Below, one piece after another: positions 26,603 through 35,683 of a stretch of 55,511 bases of DNA. The stretch's first letter is position 1, and the number at the start of each line of letters is the position of its first letter. The position numbers were made by a program, and so were the translations under genes. The notes under the pieces were generated by a model that was not told where the DNA came from, ran no database searches, and worked only from the letters and a program-made list of their open reading frames with translations. Origin of the DNA: a virus (Duplodnaviria; Caudoviricetes); the IMG/VR virus record IMGVR_UViG_3300031673_016559, positions 1 through 55,511 of that record; one strand, given 5' to 3'.

Positions 26603-28411
26603 CTAGACGAAAAGCAGTTGATAGGCCTTGGGTGGTTCCTGGGCCACAATCGCGCGGCCCCAGGCCATGAGCAGCGCGCTCATGTCATCGATCTTGTCCG
26701 CGCTCTTGCCTTTGTCCGGCGCCATGTTCAGATTGGCATCGAGCCGCGGGACCAGGTTGCTCGCGCACCAACTGAGCACCTGGTCATTGCCGTGGCGGAG
26801 CTTCCCCGCGATGTAGGTGCGCTCCAAGTCTTGCATCGCCGGGTGGTAGCTCTTGCTGCCCTGACGAAACTCAACCATCGGAAGGCCTGCGGCCTGGAGC
26901 CTATTGACGAGGTCGGTCGAATTCCAGCGATCGAACGCAATTTCCTTCGGCGTGAAGCGATGCCACAAGTCGATCACGTCGCGCTCAACCACTTCGTAAT
27001 CGGTCACGTCCCCGTCGGTCTGCGTGATATACCCGGCGGTAACCCAGTGGTCATAGCGCACGGTCCCGCGCTCGGTGCGCTGCGACACCGCCCAGGCCGG
27101 CACCCAACGCCGCCCCCAGGTGTAGTAAATGCCGTCGTGTCTCCAGAGCAACCGGAACGCGCACAAGTCGCGGGTGCTCGCGAGATCCAGCCCGGCCCAA
27201 CAAGGCTTCCCCTTCAGAAACTCCAGGTCCACCGGACCCCCGCACCGTTTCCATCGTTCCAGGTCGATCCAGGTGTTCGCCGCGGCTGCTTGCCGGTTGA
27301 GGCGCTTGATCTTGAACTCGGCATGCCGGCCGGGCATTTGCTTGGCGTCGATCGCAGCCTTCCGAATCTCGCGCGCGAGGATCGGGTTGACCTCCATGAG
27401 CGGATTCGCCTTGGGCCATTTGGAATCGTCGAAGTCCCCGTCCGCCGGCCGGTAGTTCGCCTCACCGGGCTGCCCGATCTGTTCGTCCAGGGCGAAGATT
27501 AGGGCGAAGAAGTGATCGGCCTCGAATATCGAGTTCAGCACCTGATGCGCAAAGTGCCGCATTTCCGGCCACGGCCCCGGCGTCTCGTAGCCCTCGGTCG
27601 TGGTGTAGAGCCACAGCGCATTCAACCGCGCGCCGGCCGCCGATTGCAGCACGTTCAAGAGGTCGTGCGTCTTGTGCGCGTGGATCTCGTCCAGAGCCAC
27701 GTGGGATGGGTTCAGCCCGTCCTGCGTACTCGCTTTCGCGTTGATCGGCCGGAAGTTGCTGCCGGTCTGCCAGTTGGCGATCGCGTTGGCAAAGGGCTCC
27801 AACGAGAACGCTTCCCGCAGATCGGCCGTCTGCTCGACCATCGTCTTCGCGGCCTTGAAGATCACCCGCGCCTGGCTGCCGGTGGTCGCCGCCGAGATCA
27901 CCTGCGCGCCGGGTTCGTCCTCGCAGCACAGGCAATAGAGCAGGATCGCCGCGGCCAACAGGCTCTTGCCGTTCTTGCGGCCAATCGAGAGCAGCGCCGT
28001 GGTGAAGCGCCGCGTGCCGTCGTGATTCCTGAATCCGAACGTGTTGACTAGAAAAAACACGTGTGAGGCATGCAGCACGATCGTCGGCGTTTCCCATCGC
28101 CCCTCGACGTGCGGCAGCTTCTCGATGAAGTCGCATACGTCGTTGGCCTGGACAAGGCTGAACTTGAACGGGCCGCCCTTGGTCGCTGCGCGCTTTCTGT
28201 CCTTTACATAGCGGCTCGCCGCAAGCCTTATCCATTTGCCGTGGCGCGCACCGTCGGCGTCCTTGAGGGCATCCTCGGCGAAGCGATCGGCGATGGCGAC
28301 ATAGTCACGCGCGCTTCGGGGCGGCGTTGTTCGAGAACCGGTTCGCCTCTTTCGCGCTGGCGCCGGCAAGCGTGATCCGGCTCCGACTCGTTGGGCTGAA
28401 TCCAAGCTCAC
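26603..28411 (-). CDS. terL: Terminase large subunit (start uncertain, possibly TTG at 28369)
   Basis: Walker A GRKNGKS, Walker B ALDEIH, nuclease GLDLAS..D and KID motifs. Confidence 0.95.
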   Translation of the reverse strand: MSLDSAQRVGAGSRLPAPARKRRTGSRTTPPRSARDYVAIADRFAEDALKDADGARHGKWIRLAASRYVKDRKRAATKGGPFKFSLVQANDVCDFIEKLPHVEGRWETPTIVLHASHVFFLVNTFGFRNHDGTRRFTTALLSIGRKNGKSLLAAAILLYCLCCEDEPGAQVISAATTGSQARVIFKAAKTMVEQTADLREAFSLEPFANAIANWQTGSNFRPINAKASTQDGLNPSHVALDEIHAHKTHDLLNVLQSAAGARLNALWLYTTTEGYETPGPWPEMRHFAHQVLNSIFEADHFFALIFALDEQIGQPGEANYRPADGDFDDSKWPKANPLMEVNPILAREIRKAAIDAKQMPGRHAEFKIKRLNRQAAAANTWIDLERWKRCGGPVDLEFLKGKPCWAGLDLASTRDLCAFRLLWRHDGIYYTWGRRWVPAWAVSQRTERGTVRYDHWVTAGYITQTDGDVTDYEVVERDVIDLWHRFTPKEIAFDRWNSTDLVNRLQAAGLPMVEFRQGSKSYHPAMQDLERTYIAGKLRHGNDQVLSWCASNLVPRLDANLNMAPDKGKSADKIDDMSALLMAWGRAIVAQEPPKAYQLLFV

Positions 28412-28826
28412 TGGTTGCCTTCACCATGCGTTGAAATGCCTCGTTCCTGATCCGGGTCCAGGGCGATGGAACCATGGTTGCCGAGCGCACCGTCTTGACC
28501 TGCGTGCCATCCGGGTTGATCGTGATCCGCTGATCGCCCCCCTTTTTCACGACGGGTCCCTCGAGCGCCAGGGACGCCTCGGCAAGATTGATCTCGGCCA
28601 CCGCCATGACCCAGCTTGCAAATAGGTCGCGGTCGAGGAAGCGCAGCAGTCCCTTCGGAGCGTTCCCGATTGCGTAGCGCCAGATTTCCTTCTGCGCGTC
28701 AGTCATTGGCTCAGGCGGCGCGAGGAGCTCGCCCACCGGCTGCGGCTCCGCCGGGTTAGCCCTGTGCTTTCGCTGGGTCCCGGACACCAGCTTGAGGAGC
28801 GTCGGTATGGGCTTGCGTCCTCTCAC
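28305..28826 (-). CDS. terS: Terminase small subunit, P27 family
   Basis: RGRKP.PT.LK...G, ELGFSPTSRSRI motifs. Confidence 0.92.
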   Translation of the reverse strand: MRGRKPIPTLLKLVSGTQRKHRANPAEPQPVGELLAPPEPMTDAQKEIWRYAIGNAPKGLLRFLDRDLFASWVMAVAEINLAEASLALEGPVVKKGGDQRITINPDGTQVKTVRSATMVPSPWTRIRNEAFQRMVKATSELGFSPTSRSRITLAGASAKEANRFSNNAAPKRA

Positions 28827-30081
28827 GGGTTATTTCCTCAAAGGTTCGGCCATCCCCATCGAGCGTGGCGCCCTGGCCGGTGAATTGCTGCCAGCGACGA
28901 ATGATCACGTCGCAATACTTCGGATCCAACTCCAACAGCCGGGCGTGGCGCCCGTGCTTTTCACAGGCGAGAATGGTGGTTCCGCTGCCGCCAAACGGAT
29001 CCAGGACAACGTCGGCGCCTTTGGTATTGTTCAGCATCTGATATTCAAACAGCGCCACCGGTTTCATCGTGGGGTGTTCGAGGCTGCGTGAGGGTCGGTC
29101 AAACTCCAGCACCGTAGTTTGCTTCCGGTCTGTGGCCCACAGATGCGCGGCACCGTCCTTCCACCCATATAAGCACGGCTCGTGCTTCCATTGGTAGTCT
29201 TGCCGGCCCATCACGAGCGAGGACTTCTTCCAAATCAAGCACTGGCGGACGCTCAGTCCGGCATCCCTGCACGCCCCGCGGAAGTTGTAGCTTTCGGTGT
29301 CCGAGTGCCAGATATAGAACACCGCCCCGGGTTTCATCACCGTGGCCGCTGCAGCAAATGCCGCCGTAAGAAATGTCCGAAACGCCGTATCCGATAGGTC
29401 GTCGTTCAAGAGCGTCTGGGTGTTTCGGTTTGCGCCGTCCACTTTGTTCTTATTGGCGGCGTTACCCTTGGCGCCGCCGTAGGCCACGTTGTAGGGTGGG
29501 TCGGTGAGAAGCAAGTCCACGCCCACCTGGGCGCACAAACGCTCCAGCGCGCCGGCCTGGGTAGCGTCCCCGCACATCAGCCGATGCTTACCAAGCAGCC
29601 AAACCTCGCCAGGGTTCGTGATCGGATCCGGCTGAACATCTGGAACGGCGTCCTCGTCTGTCAGCCCGGTCTGGACTAGGGGCGTCAACGCGGCAATCTC
29701 CTCGGCGCTAAAGCCGATCGCCGCCATGTCGAAATTGAGGTTTTGCAGTTCCTCCAGGTCGAGCGCGAGGAGCTCATCGTCCCACAGGGCTAGATCCGCG
29801 ATCTTGTTCACGCTCAAGCGAAACGCCTTCAGCTGCGCTTCTGTCATGTCGTCGGCCAGCAGCACCGGTACCGTCGCTAGGCCCAGCTGCCGCGCCGCTT
29901 TCAGGCGCAGATGCCCGTCTACGATTAGGCCGTCAGATTTCGCCAGGATCGGCACGCGAAAGCCGAATTGCTTGATCGCAGCCGCCGTTTGGGCCACAGC
30001 GTGATCGTTCTTGCGCGGGTTGCGCTCGTATTCGATCAGCCGGTCAAGCGGCCAATGTTGCAGTGCGACGGATTTGCTCAA
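28756..30081 (-). CDS. ParB-like domain fused to a beta-class N6-adenine DNA methyltransferase
   Basis: NPRKND...FGF..PI...DGH.RLKAA (ParB-like), TDPPYN, HPTMKP, LDPFGGSGTT; start uncertain. Confidence 0.9.
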   Translation of the reverse strand: MSKSVALQHWPLDRLIEYERNPRKNDHAVAQTAAAIKQFGFRVPILAKSDGLIVDGHLRLKAARQLGLATVPVLLADDMTEAQLKAFRLSVNKIADLALWDDELLALDLEELQNLNFDMAAIGFSAEEIAALTPLVQTGLTDEDAVPDVQPDPITNPGEVWLLGKHRLMCGDATQAGALERLCAQVGVDLLLTDPPYNVAYGGAKGNAANKNKVDGANRNTQTLLNDDLSDTAFRTFLTAAFAAAATVMKPGAVFYIWHSDTESYNFRGACRDAGLSVRQCLIWKKSSLVMGRQDYQWKHEPCLYGWKDGAAHLWATDRKQTTVLEFDRPSRSLEHPTMKPVALFEYQMLNNTKGADVVLDPFGGSGTTILACEKHGRHARLLELDPKYCDVIIRRWQQFTGQGATLDGDGRTFEEITRERTQAHTDAPQAGVRDPAKAQG

Positions 30082-30094
30082 AATAGCGTTTCCC

Positions 30095-30176
30095 CAATTT
30101 TGGCCGTGCGATTTTTTGGCTCTGGCCGGGGTCCACAAATTTAAAGGAAGAAACCATTACAGCCCCCCCGGGGTGC
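30095..30176 (-). other. Candidate cos (packaging) region
   Basis: Gap just downstream of HNH and upstream of methylase/terS, with CCCCGGGGGGG and A/T tracts; position typical of HNH/P27 cos phages. Confidence 0.35.
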
Positions 30177-30179
30177 ATT

Positions 30180-30590
30180 TCAGGCGCGACGACTGGGCGG
30201 GCACTTGGCGTCGCCTCCGATCGTCTCCCTCCAGGTCTTGCGATCGTGACAGCGCTTGGCCATCGCCTGCCAGTTCTGCGGATCCCAGAACAGCGCCATA
30301 TCGCCGCGATGCGGGATCACATGGTCCACCACGGTCGCCGCGGTCACCTGTTTGCGCCCTTCGTCGCAATCGGGGCATTGGCACAGCGGATGTGCGCGCA
30401 GGAATCCCTTGCTTGTTGCCTGCCACCGGCGCCCATAGCCGCGCTCACTGGCACTGCCCTTGTATTGGTCGTGCAGTCGTTGCTTTGCTTGGGCATGTTC
30501 CGGGCACCTGCTGGCGTTGGTGACCAGGGCGGCGCAACCGACCTCGGCGCAAGGGTGGGGTGCAGCGCTTGGCATAGTCAGGTGCGCCAC
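30180..30590 (-). CDS. HNH endonuclease (terminase accessory)
   Basis: RGY..RW......FL..HPLC..C...ATVVDH.IPH.GD..LFWD..NWQ....CH..KT. Confidence 0.92.
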   Translation of the reverse strand: MAHLTMPSAAPHPCAEVGCAALVTNASRCPEHAQAKQRLHDQYKGSASERGYGRRWQATSKGFLRAHPLCQCPDCDEGRKQVTAATVVDHVIPHRGDMALFWDPQNWQAMAKRCHDRKTWRETIGGDAKCPPSRRA

Positions 30591-30623
30591 TCCGATTTAG
30601 TCTCAATCATTCCCCGATTACCG

Positions 30624-30653
30624 CTTGCTTTCGTTGCGAATTGAAGCGTTCAT
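30624..30653 (+). promoter_or_regulatory. CTTG-N17-AGCGTTCAT motif upstream of the plus-strand DUF3489 cassette
   Basis: Same motif with the same spacing recurs at 44807-44836. Confidence 0.5.
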
Positions 30654-30685
30654 ACGGACACCATCAACGCGAGCGGAGCAAACGC

Positions 30686-30883
30686 ATGAGCTACACCAGC
30701 AACGAATTCACGGTCGACGAGATCGGCTTCATCCAGATCGCCATGACGAAGGTGCTTGCCGCGGTCGCACGCGGCGAACTCGATCTCAACCGACTGGCCC
30801 ACGAGGAACTTGCCGCGCGAGGTCTTGATGTCAATGGCACCTGGGTCGGCTTCGATCGCGCCAAACAGATTCACAACGTTTGA
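30686..30883 (+). CDS. Conserved prophage hypothetical protein
   Basis: RBS GGAG before ATG 30686; AVARGELDLN..A.EELA.RG.D..G.WVGF pattern seen next to DUF3489 genes. Confidence 0.75.
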   Translation: MSYTSNEFTVDEIGFIQIAMTKVLAAVARGELDLNRLAHEELAARGLDVNGTWVGFDRAKQIHNV

Positions 30884-30910
30884 TTCACTCAACCTGAAAG
30901 GAGATCCACC

Positions 30911-31390
30911 ATGACTACCGTAATGAAACTCACCGACACCCAGCGTCAGATCCTCAAGCGTGCCGCCAAGACCGCCGACGGCAAACTCGGATGGTTTCCC
31001 GACAACGTGAAAGGCGGCGCGCGCAAGAAAGTGATTGACGCACTCTTTAACCGCGCGCTCATCACTGGCGACGGTGCCGACTGGACCATGACTGCCGAAG
31101 GCTACGACGCCTTAGGCGTCCCGCGTCCTGTTCCCAGCAACAATGGGGACGCGAAAGTTGCGCCAGCTACCACCAAGCCGCGCACCCGCGAGAACAGCAA
31201 GCAGGCGCAGGTGATCGCGATGTTGAAACGCCCCGAGGGCGCAACCATCCAGCAGATTTGTACAACCACTGGATGGCAGCAGCACACGGTGCGGGGCACC
31301 TTCGCTGGCGCATTCAAGAAGAAGCTCGGGCTCGACATCACGTCCACCAAGGATGACGGTGCTGAACGCGTCTATCGAATCGGCGCGTAA
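30911..31390 (+). CDS. DUF3489-like winged-helix protein
   Basis: RENSKQA.VI.ML.RPEGAT..QI...TGWQ.HTVRG...G..KKKLGL...S. Confidence 0.88.
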   Translation: MTTVMKLTDTQRQILKRAAKTADGKLGWFPDNVKGGARKKVIDALFNRALITGDGADWTMTAEGYDALGVPRPVPSNNGDAKVAPATTKPRTRENSKQAQVIAMLKRPEGATIQQICTTTGWQQHTVRGTFAGAFKKKLGLDITSTKDDGAERVYRIGA

Positions 31391-31402
31391 TTGGGGCCGT
31401 GC

Positions 31403-31726
31403 ATGGAATTCACCGATTCCGTCTGCGCCAGGATGCGCTACCCCGCGAGCACGCCGATGCTTTTCTCCGGTGCACAACGGTTCGTCGAGCAGCACGGCGT
31501 TGCGGTTTGGTCGGAGCTGTGCGACACCGTCATGCCCGACGAATGGTTCAACGTGACTGAGACTGCCCGCAGGCTCAATTGCCTGCGGCAGTATCGAGGC
31601 CCGGAGCGATACCTTCGCGCGGTCCTCAAAGCGATCATGGCCGACTACACTGAGCGACCCGACGCCTACGAACACCGGTCACCCGTCAAACTACGCGGGA
31701 CGCGCATGGATTACGCCAGCATCTGA
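31403..31726 (+). CDS. Hypothetical protein
   Basis: ORF co-oriented right after DUF3489; plausible composition. Confidence 0.55.
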   Translation: MEFTDSVCARMRYPASTPMLFSGAQRFVEQHGVAVWSELCDTVMPDEWFNVTETARRLNCLRQYRGPERYLRAVLKAIMADYTERPDAYEHRSPVKLRGTRMDYASI

Positions 31727-31780
31727 TTGCGTATAGGAGTATCGCTAGGAAGGACCCATAAAAATCGCCGTGCGAAGTGC

Positions 31781-31813
31781 AAGAACAACAAAGCCACGGT
31801 GAATGCCGTGGCT
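31781..31813 (-). terminator. Terminator in the late leader (tR'-like)
   Basis: AGCCACGG-cattca-CCGTGGCT followed by TTGTTGTTCTT on the minus strand. Confidence 0.6.
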
Positions 31814-31960
31814 CTTGGACATTTTTCTCTCGCGAGAGTAGACGGAATCTTACACAAAACTCGCGAAAGTGTTGCATCCGTTTTCGCGCATCACCTTTGC
31901 TCTGTTTCGCTCCTGCATGCAGCATTACGCACGATTGCGTTACGTCATGTTATGTAATGT

Positions 31961-32353
31961 TCAGGTACCACGCAGGTCACTCAAACGCACGACGACTGCC
32001 TCGAGTGCCATCCTCCAGCGCCGCCACGCCGTAGCCCGGTTGCAGCCGAAGCGGCGGGCCACACGACTCCACGCCACGTCCTTGGCGCGCATCCACACGA
32101 GGTGCCGGTCATCCACCTCCAGCCATTGCACCCAACGCATGGCTTCCTCCATACGCTCGATGGCCTCAGGCGATGGCGAGATCGGCCGCATCGGGATTGG
32201 TTCATGCGAAAGCGTTTCCCACTGCTGGCGGATGATCGCAGGCCACACATTGAAGTAGCCCTGCACGTGTACGGGTGGCAGGCGCCGTGCGGTCTGGGCG
32301 GCTTGCGCAAAACGCGCCGCCACTTCGTCGATCGTCCAGTCACGCCTTGCCAT
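31961..32353 (-). CDS. Putative late-gene regulator (DUF6362-like, C-terminal HTH)
   Basis: WT...VA.RF..AA.T.RRLP...VQGY...WP, LVWMRA....W..........R.TAWRRW; last gene before the late region. Confidence 0.8.
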   Translation of the reverse strand: MARRDWTIDEVAARFAQAAQTARRLPPVHVQGYFNVWPAIIRQQWETLSHEPIPMRPISPSPEAIERMEEAMRWVQWLEVDDRHLVWMRAKDVAWSRVARRFGCNRATAWRRWRMALEAVVVRLSDLRGT

Positions 32354-32552
32354 CGCTCGGCCTCCCGTAGAGTCGTTGGCCGATTCGTCGAATCAGTTCA
32401 CGCTCGGTCCAGTCCAGGCGCCCGTCCTCGATCGACACCACGAGGATCTGCTGCGCCTGCCAGCCATCGCGCTTGACCGCTTCGGGGTCGGTGGTGTTGA
32501 TCAAAAGCCTGCCAAGCGGGCAGTGGTAACGAGGAGTGGATATTTTCATCAT
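32340..32552 (-). CDS. Hypothetical prophage protein
   Basis: Coupled between RuvC-like and late regulator genes; KR.GW.....LVV...D.RL.W.ERE pattern. Confidence 0.7.
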   Translation of the reverse strand: MMKISTPRYHCPLGRLLINTTDPEAVKRDGWQAQQILVVSIEDGRLDWTERELIRRIGQRLYGRPSDGKA

Positions 32553-33019
32553 CAGATCTCCTGTGTCTCAATTACCCAGAGAAGAAGCGCCAGGGCGTCG
32601 GCCTCGTTGTCATCAATGGGATCGAACCCGCGGGCGCGGACTGCGGCGATCATTTCGTCCTTGGAGGCGTTGCCTTTGCCGGCAACGTGGCGCTTGATCA
32701 TGCCCACGGGCACGCCCTGGTAGGGGATGTTGTGGTGCTCGCACCACGCGGTGAGATGCGCCATGAAACCGCCATAGGCGTGCGCAGCGTCGACGCCTGC
32801 GTGCCGGCGCACCTCTTCGAAGTAGACGGAATGGATGTCGTCCGTGATGGACTTCAGTTCGGCGAGCCAGTGCTTGAATCGCAGGTAGCGCATGCCGCCG
32901 CCTTCGAAGCGCTGCGGTTTGAAGTTGATCGAGCCGTGAGTAATTTGTCGATCGCGCGGTCGCACGGCCCACCCGGTTGTGGTTCCGAGGTCGAGGGTGA
33001 GAATCGTGAGTGATGTCAT
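32552..33019 (-). CDS. RuvC-like Holliday junction resolvase
   Basis: LDLGTTTGWA, FEEVRRH, G.GNASK..M, DNEADALA acidic catalytic motifs. Confidence 0.82.
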   Translation of the reverse strand: MTSLTILTLDLGTTTGWAVRPRDRQITHGSINFKPQRFEGGGMRYLRFKHWLAELKSITDDIHSVYFEEVRRHAGVDAAHAYGGFMAHLTAWCEHHNIPYQGVPVGMIKRHVAGKGNASKDEMIAAVRARGFDPIDDNEADALALLLWVIETQEI

Positions 33020-33047
33020 GGTTCGTCCTTGTGGAGGAGGCCGGCCC

Positions 33048-33137
33048 GACGGGTTTGACGGTTCACTACAAACCTTCTCTCTACCTGCGCGCGCGCACGC
33101 GCGTAGAGGAACTATGTAGAGCACCGTCAAATCCGTC
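33048..33137. repeat. Large imperfect inverted repeat with central (CG)n tract; putative replication origin
   Basis: GACGGGTTTGACGGT / ACCGTCAAATCCGTC arms (14/15 match), inner CTACA/TGTAG and CTCTAC/GTAGAG pairs; directly after the primase gene. Confidence 0.7.
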
Positions 33138-33156
33138 AGGCGGCCATCGTTCATGG

Positions 33157-35457
33157 TCAGTTGTTGTCCGAATAAGGGTAGTTGCGGGGTTCTGCGGGCG
33201 TCTTTAGACCGATACCTTGTAGTCCGCGCAATCCAACGGTGTTTCTCCACTTTTCAATGCCGCGCGATTGCAAAAGTTCTGAGAGCCGCTTCTGTGTGCC
33301 GACAAATTCACCAGCTGTTTCAGCCCATTGCTTCCAGTCGGCAAATAGCTCATTAGTCAGTGCCCGCGCATTGGTGGCTCTGAGGCACCGTTCTTCGATC
33401 CACCGTCCGACCGAATCCTCGGCCTCGAAGTACTCGTCGGTGGCTTGCCGGACGCTCTGCGGGGGGCACAATCCGTCGCGCTGCCATGCGAGACAGCCCT
33501 GGAGCGCCCATTCAAAGATTCCGTCTCGCTCTACCAGCAGCTTTTGTTGGAGGTTCTTATCTCGCTTATCGGGCGGAACGGTGATCGTGAATGGAATTAG
33601 GTGCAGTCGCCGCCGAATCGCTTCATCGATGTTGCGAAGCGCTGGTTTATGGTTTCCGGTGAGGATCGGCTTGAATTGCGGCGCGTAGGTAAAAAACGCC
33701 TGGTAAAGATTGCGTGCGGTGATCAGATCGCCGCCAGTCAGTTCCTTGATTCTGGATTCATTCCAGCTGCGGCCCTGCTCGGTTTCTACCGCAACAACCA
33801 GGCGCGCACCGCGCAGCATCGCCAGCTCCGTGGGGTGGCGGTCGTTACGCGAGGCCATGAAGGTTTCCATCGGCGCGTTGATGCCGTAGTCGCCAAGCAC
33901 CGCGAGCAGGGTGTTAACGAACACGCTTTTGCCGTTCGCCCCGGTGCCATACAAGAAGAATAAAGCGTGCTCGCGGGTGGATCCGGTCAAGCAATAACCG
34001 AACATGCGCTGCAGGTAGGCCACAAGGGTATCGTCCTGCCCCGCGATCTCTTCAATGAAGCGAAGCCAGACGTCGCATCGTGCGTGCGGTACCAATGCAC
34101 CGGCGGTCATCTTGATCATCAGGTCGCTGCGCTTGTGCGGCCGCATTGCGCCGGTGCGTAGATCCACAACGCCGTTGGGTGTGTTGAGCAGCCACAAGTC
34201 GGCATCCCATTCGTCCGTGGTCGCGGCGTGACGCCGGTCCACGCGAGCGAGCCGCTCAACACTTGAGACAGTCCCGGCACTGGCGAGTTTGGAGGCTATG
34301 CGGTGCGAGTCCGCCTTGAGCGCTGTTTCTCGCCCGATGGACCGGACGAGATGACCGACCATCAGCGTGTCGTCGGTCTTCCAGTGCTTGCCGGTCCACA
34401 TCAGCCACTGACTCCAGGTCGCGCAGTAGCGCCAGTCCTCCCCGTAGCGGCTGGTGAACTCCAGCGCCAGCGCATCATCGGTTGCCCAGACCGAGGATTC
34501 CTTTCCCGAGACGCCCTTGGTGGACTTGATGGCCATGCGCGGTCCGCTGGCAATGAACCCCGCCACATCGAAGTCCTCGGCAATCGCATCGGCGGCATCC
34601 CAGCCCTCGGGCTTGTCATCTGGGAGTAAAAGCGCATGACAGTCGGTCGCTCCCGCCGCAAGCACAGCCTGTGCCGCTTGCATGGCGTACTCGCACCCCG
34701 GTTTGTCCTTGTCCGGCCAGATCAGGACGGACTTGCCAGTCAGCGGCGACCAATCGGTCTTCTCAACCGGCGCATTCGCACCGTGCATGGCGGTGGTTGC
34801 GCAGATCCCAGCATCGATCAGGTACTGCGCGCATTTCTCGCCTTCGACCAAAACGACGTCATGGCTCGCGGCCATGCCCGGCTGGTTGTAGAGCGGGCGC
34901 GGATCCGGCGGCGCCTTCTTGCGACGCTTCGCGTCCCAGGGCCGAAACTCCTTGCCGCCAGGTGGGTCGTAGCGATAGACGCAAGCAATCAGCGTTCCGT
35001 CGGGCGCGAGGTAGTCCCACTTCGCGCTCGCCGGCCCCAGTTCATCGACCGGGACCTTCTTCTTGGAACCACGAACCGGCGCGCCAACCCGAGTTGCAGG
35101 CGCGCGCCCAACTAGGTCCCTGGCATACGCGAGCACTTGCGGAAACCCGCTTTGAACGTTTAGCGCCAAATGTCCGGCGATGAGGTCGAAAATATCGCCT
35201 CCCTGTCCGGACGCACGGTCGGTCCACAGTCCGGCCTTCTCGTCTGTGAGCACCACCTCGAGACTGCGCCCGGGACTGCCCAGCAAATCGCCCACGTAGA
35301 ACTTGCCATTGCGGATTCGCCCTGCTGGCAACAGCGCAAAAAGGACACCCTCCAGGTTTGTAAGTAGCGCTTGCCGCAGTTCTTCGCGCTCAGCCGCGCC
35401 ATCTGGCGGCGCGGCGGGCGCTGGCGCATCGTTAAAATCCTGCCAGTCGTTACGCAT
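33157..35457 (-). CDS. TOPRIM primase fused to P4/D5-family SF3 helicase
   Basis: VEGEKCA, IWPD.D..G (TOPRIM); YGTGANGKS Walker A; LTGGD.I.AR; RRL..IPF. Confidence 0.92.
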   Translation of the reverse strand: MRNDWQDFNDAPAPAAPPDGAAEREELRQALLTNLEGVLFALLPAGRIRNGKFYVGDLLGSPGRSLEVVLTDEKAGLWTDRASGQGGDIFDLIAGHLALNVQSGFPQVLAYARDLVGRAPATRVGAPVRGSKKKVPVDELGPASAKWDYLAPDGTLIACVYRYDPPGGKEFRPWDAKRRKKAPPDPRPLYNQPGMAASHDVVLVEGEKCAQYLIDAGICATTAMHGANAPVEKTDWSPLTGKSVLIWPDKDKPGCEYAMQAAQAVLAAGATDCHALLLPDDKPEGWDAADAIAEDFDVAGFIASGPRMAIKSTKGVSGKESSVWATDDALALEFTSRYGEDWRYCATWSQWLMWTGKHWKTDDTLMVGHLVRSIGRETALKADSHRIASKLASAGTVSSVERLARVDRRHAATTDEWDADLWLLNTPNGVVDLRTGAMRPHKRSDLMIKMTAGALVPHARCDVWLRFIEEIAGQDDTLVAYLQRMFGYCLTGSTREHALFFLYGTGANGKSVFVNTLLAVLGDYGINAPMETFMASRNDRHPTELAMLRGARLVVAVETEQGRSWNESRIKELTGGDLITARNLYQAFFTYAPQFKPILTGNHKPALRNIDEAIRRRLHLIPFTITVPPDKRDKNLQQKLLVERDGIFEWALQGCLAWQRDGLCPPQSVRQATDEYFEAEDSVGRWIEERCLRATNARALTNELFADWKQWAETAGEFVGTQKRLSELLQSRGIEKWRNTVGLRGLQGIGLKTPAEPRNYPYSDNN

Positions 35458-35683
35458 CGGCCTCCACTCCCCGACCGGGGTAGCGCGAAGCGTTGTCGGC
35501 AAGCCAGGCGTCAAGCTCCGAGCGCTTGAAGCGCAGAAGCCGTCCGATGCGGTAGTGCGGAATGCCGAGCGCACGACGCTTGGCCGCACTGGTCAGGTAG
35601 TAGACCGGCACGTTCATGTGCTGGCTTGCCGAGCGTGCATCGACAAAGGGTTCGGCGGCCGATTCAGTATTCGTCGTGTTCAT
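35450..35683 (-). CDS. Excisionase-like HTH DNA-binding protein
   Basis: IPHYRIGRLLRFKRSELDAW. Confidence 0.75.
   Translation of the reverse strand: MNTTNTESAAEPFVDARSASQHMNVPVYYLTSAAKRRALGIPHYRIGRLLRFKRSELDAWLADNASRYPGRGVEADA

Noticed and set aside
8161-30590. Gene transfer agent
   Set aside because: Integrase, repressor, replication and HNH/cos-type packaging genes are present, indicating a true prophage
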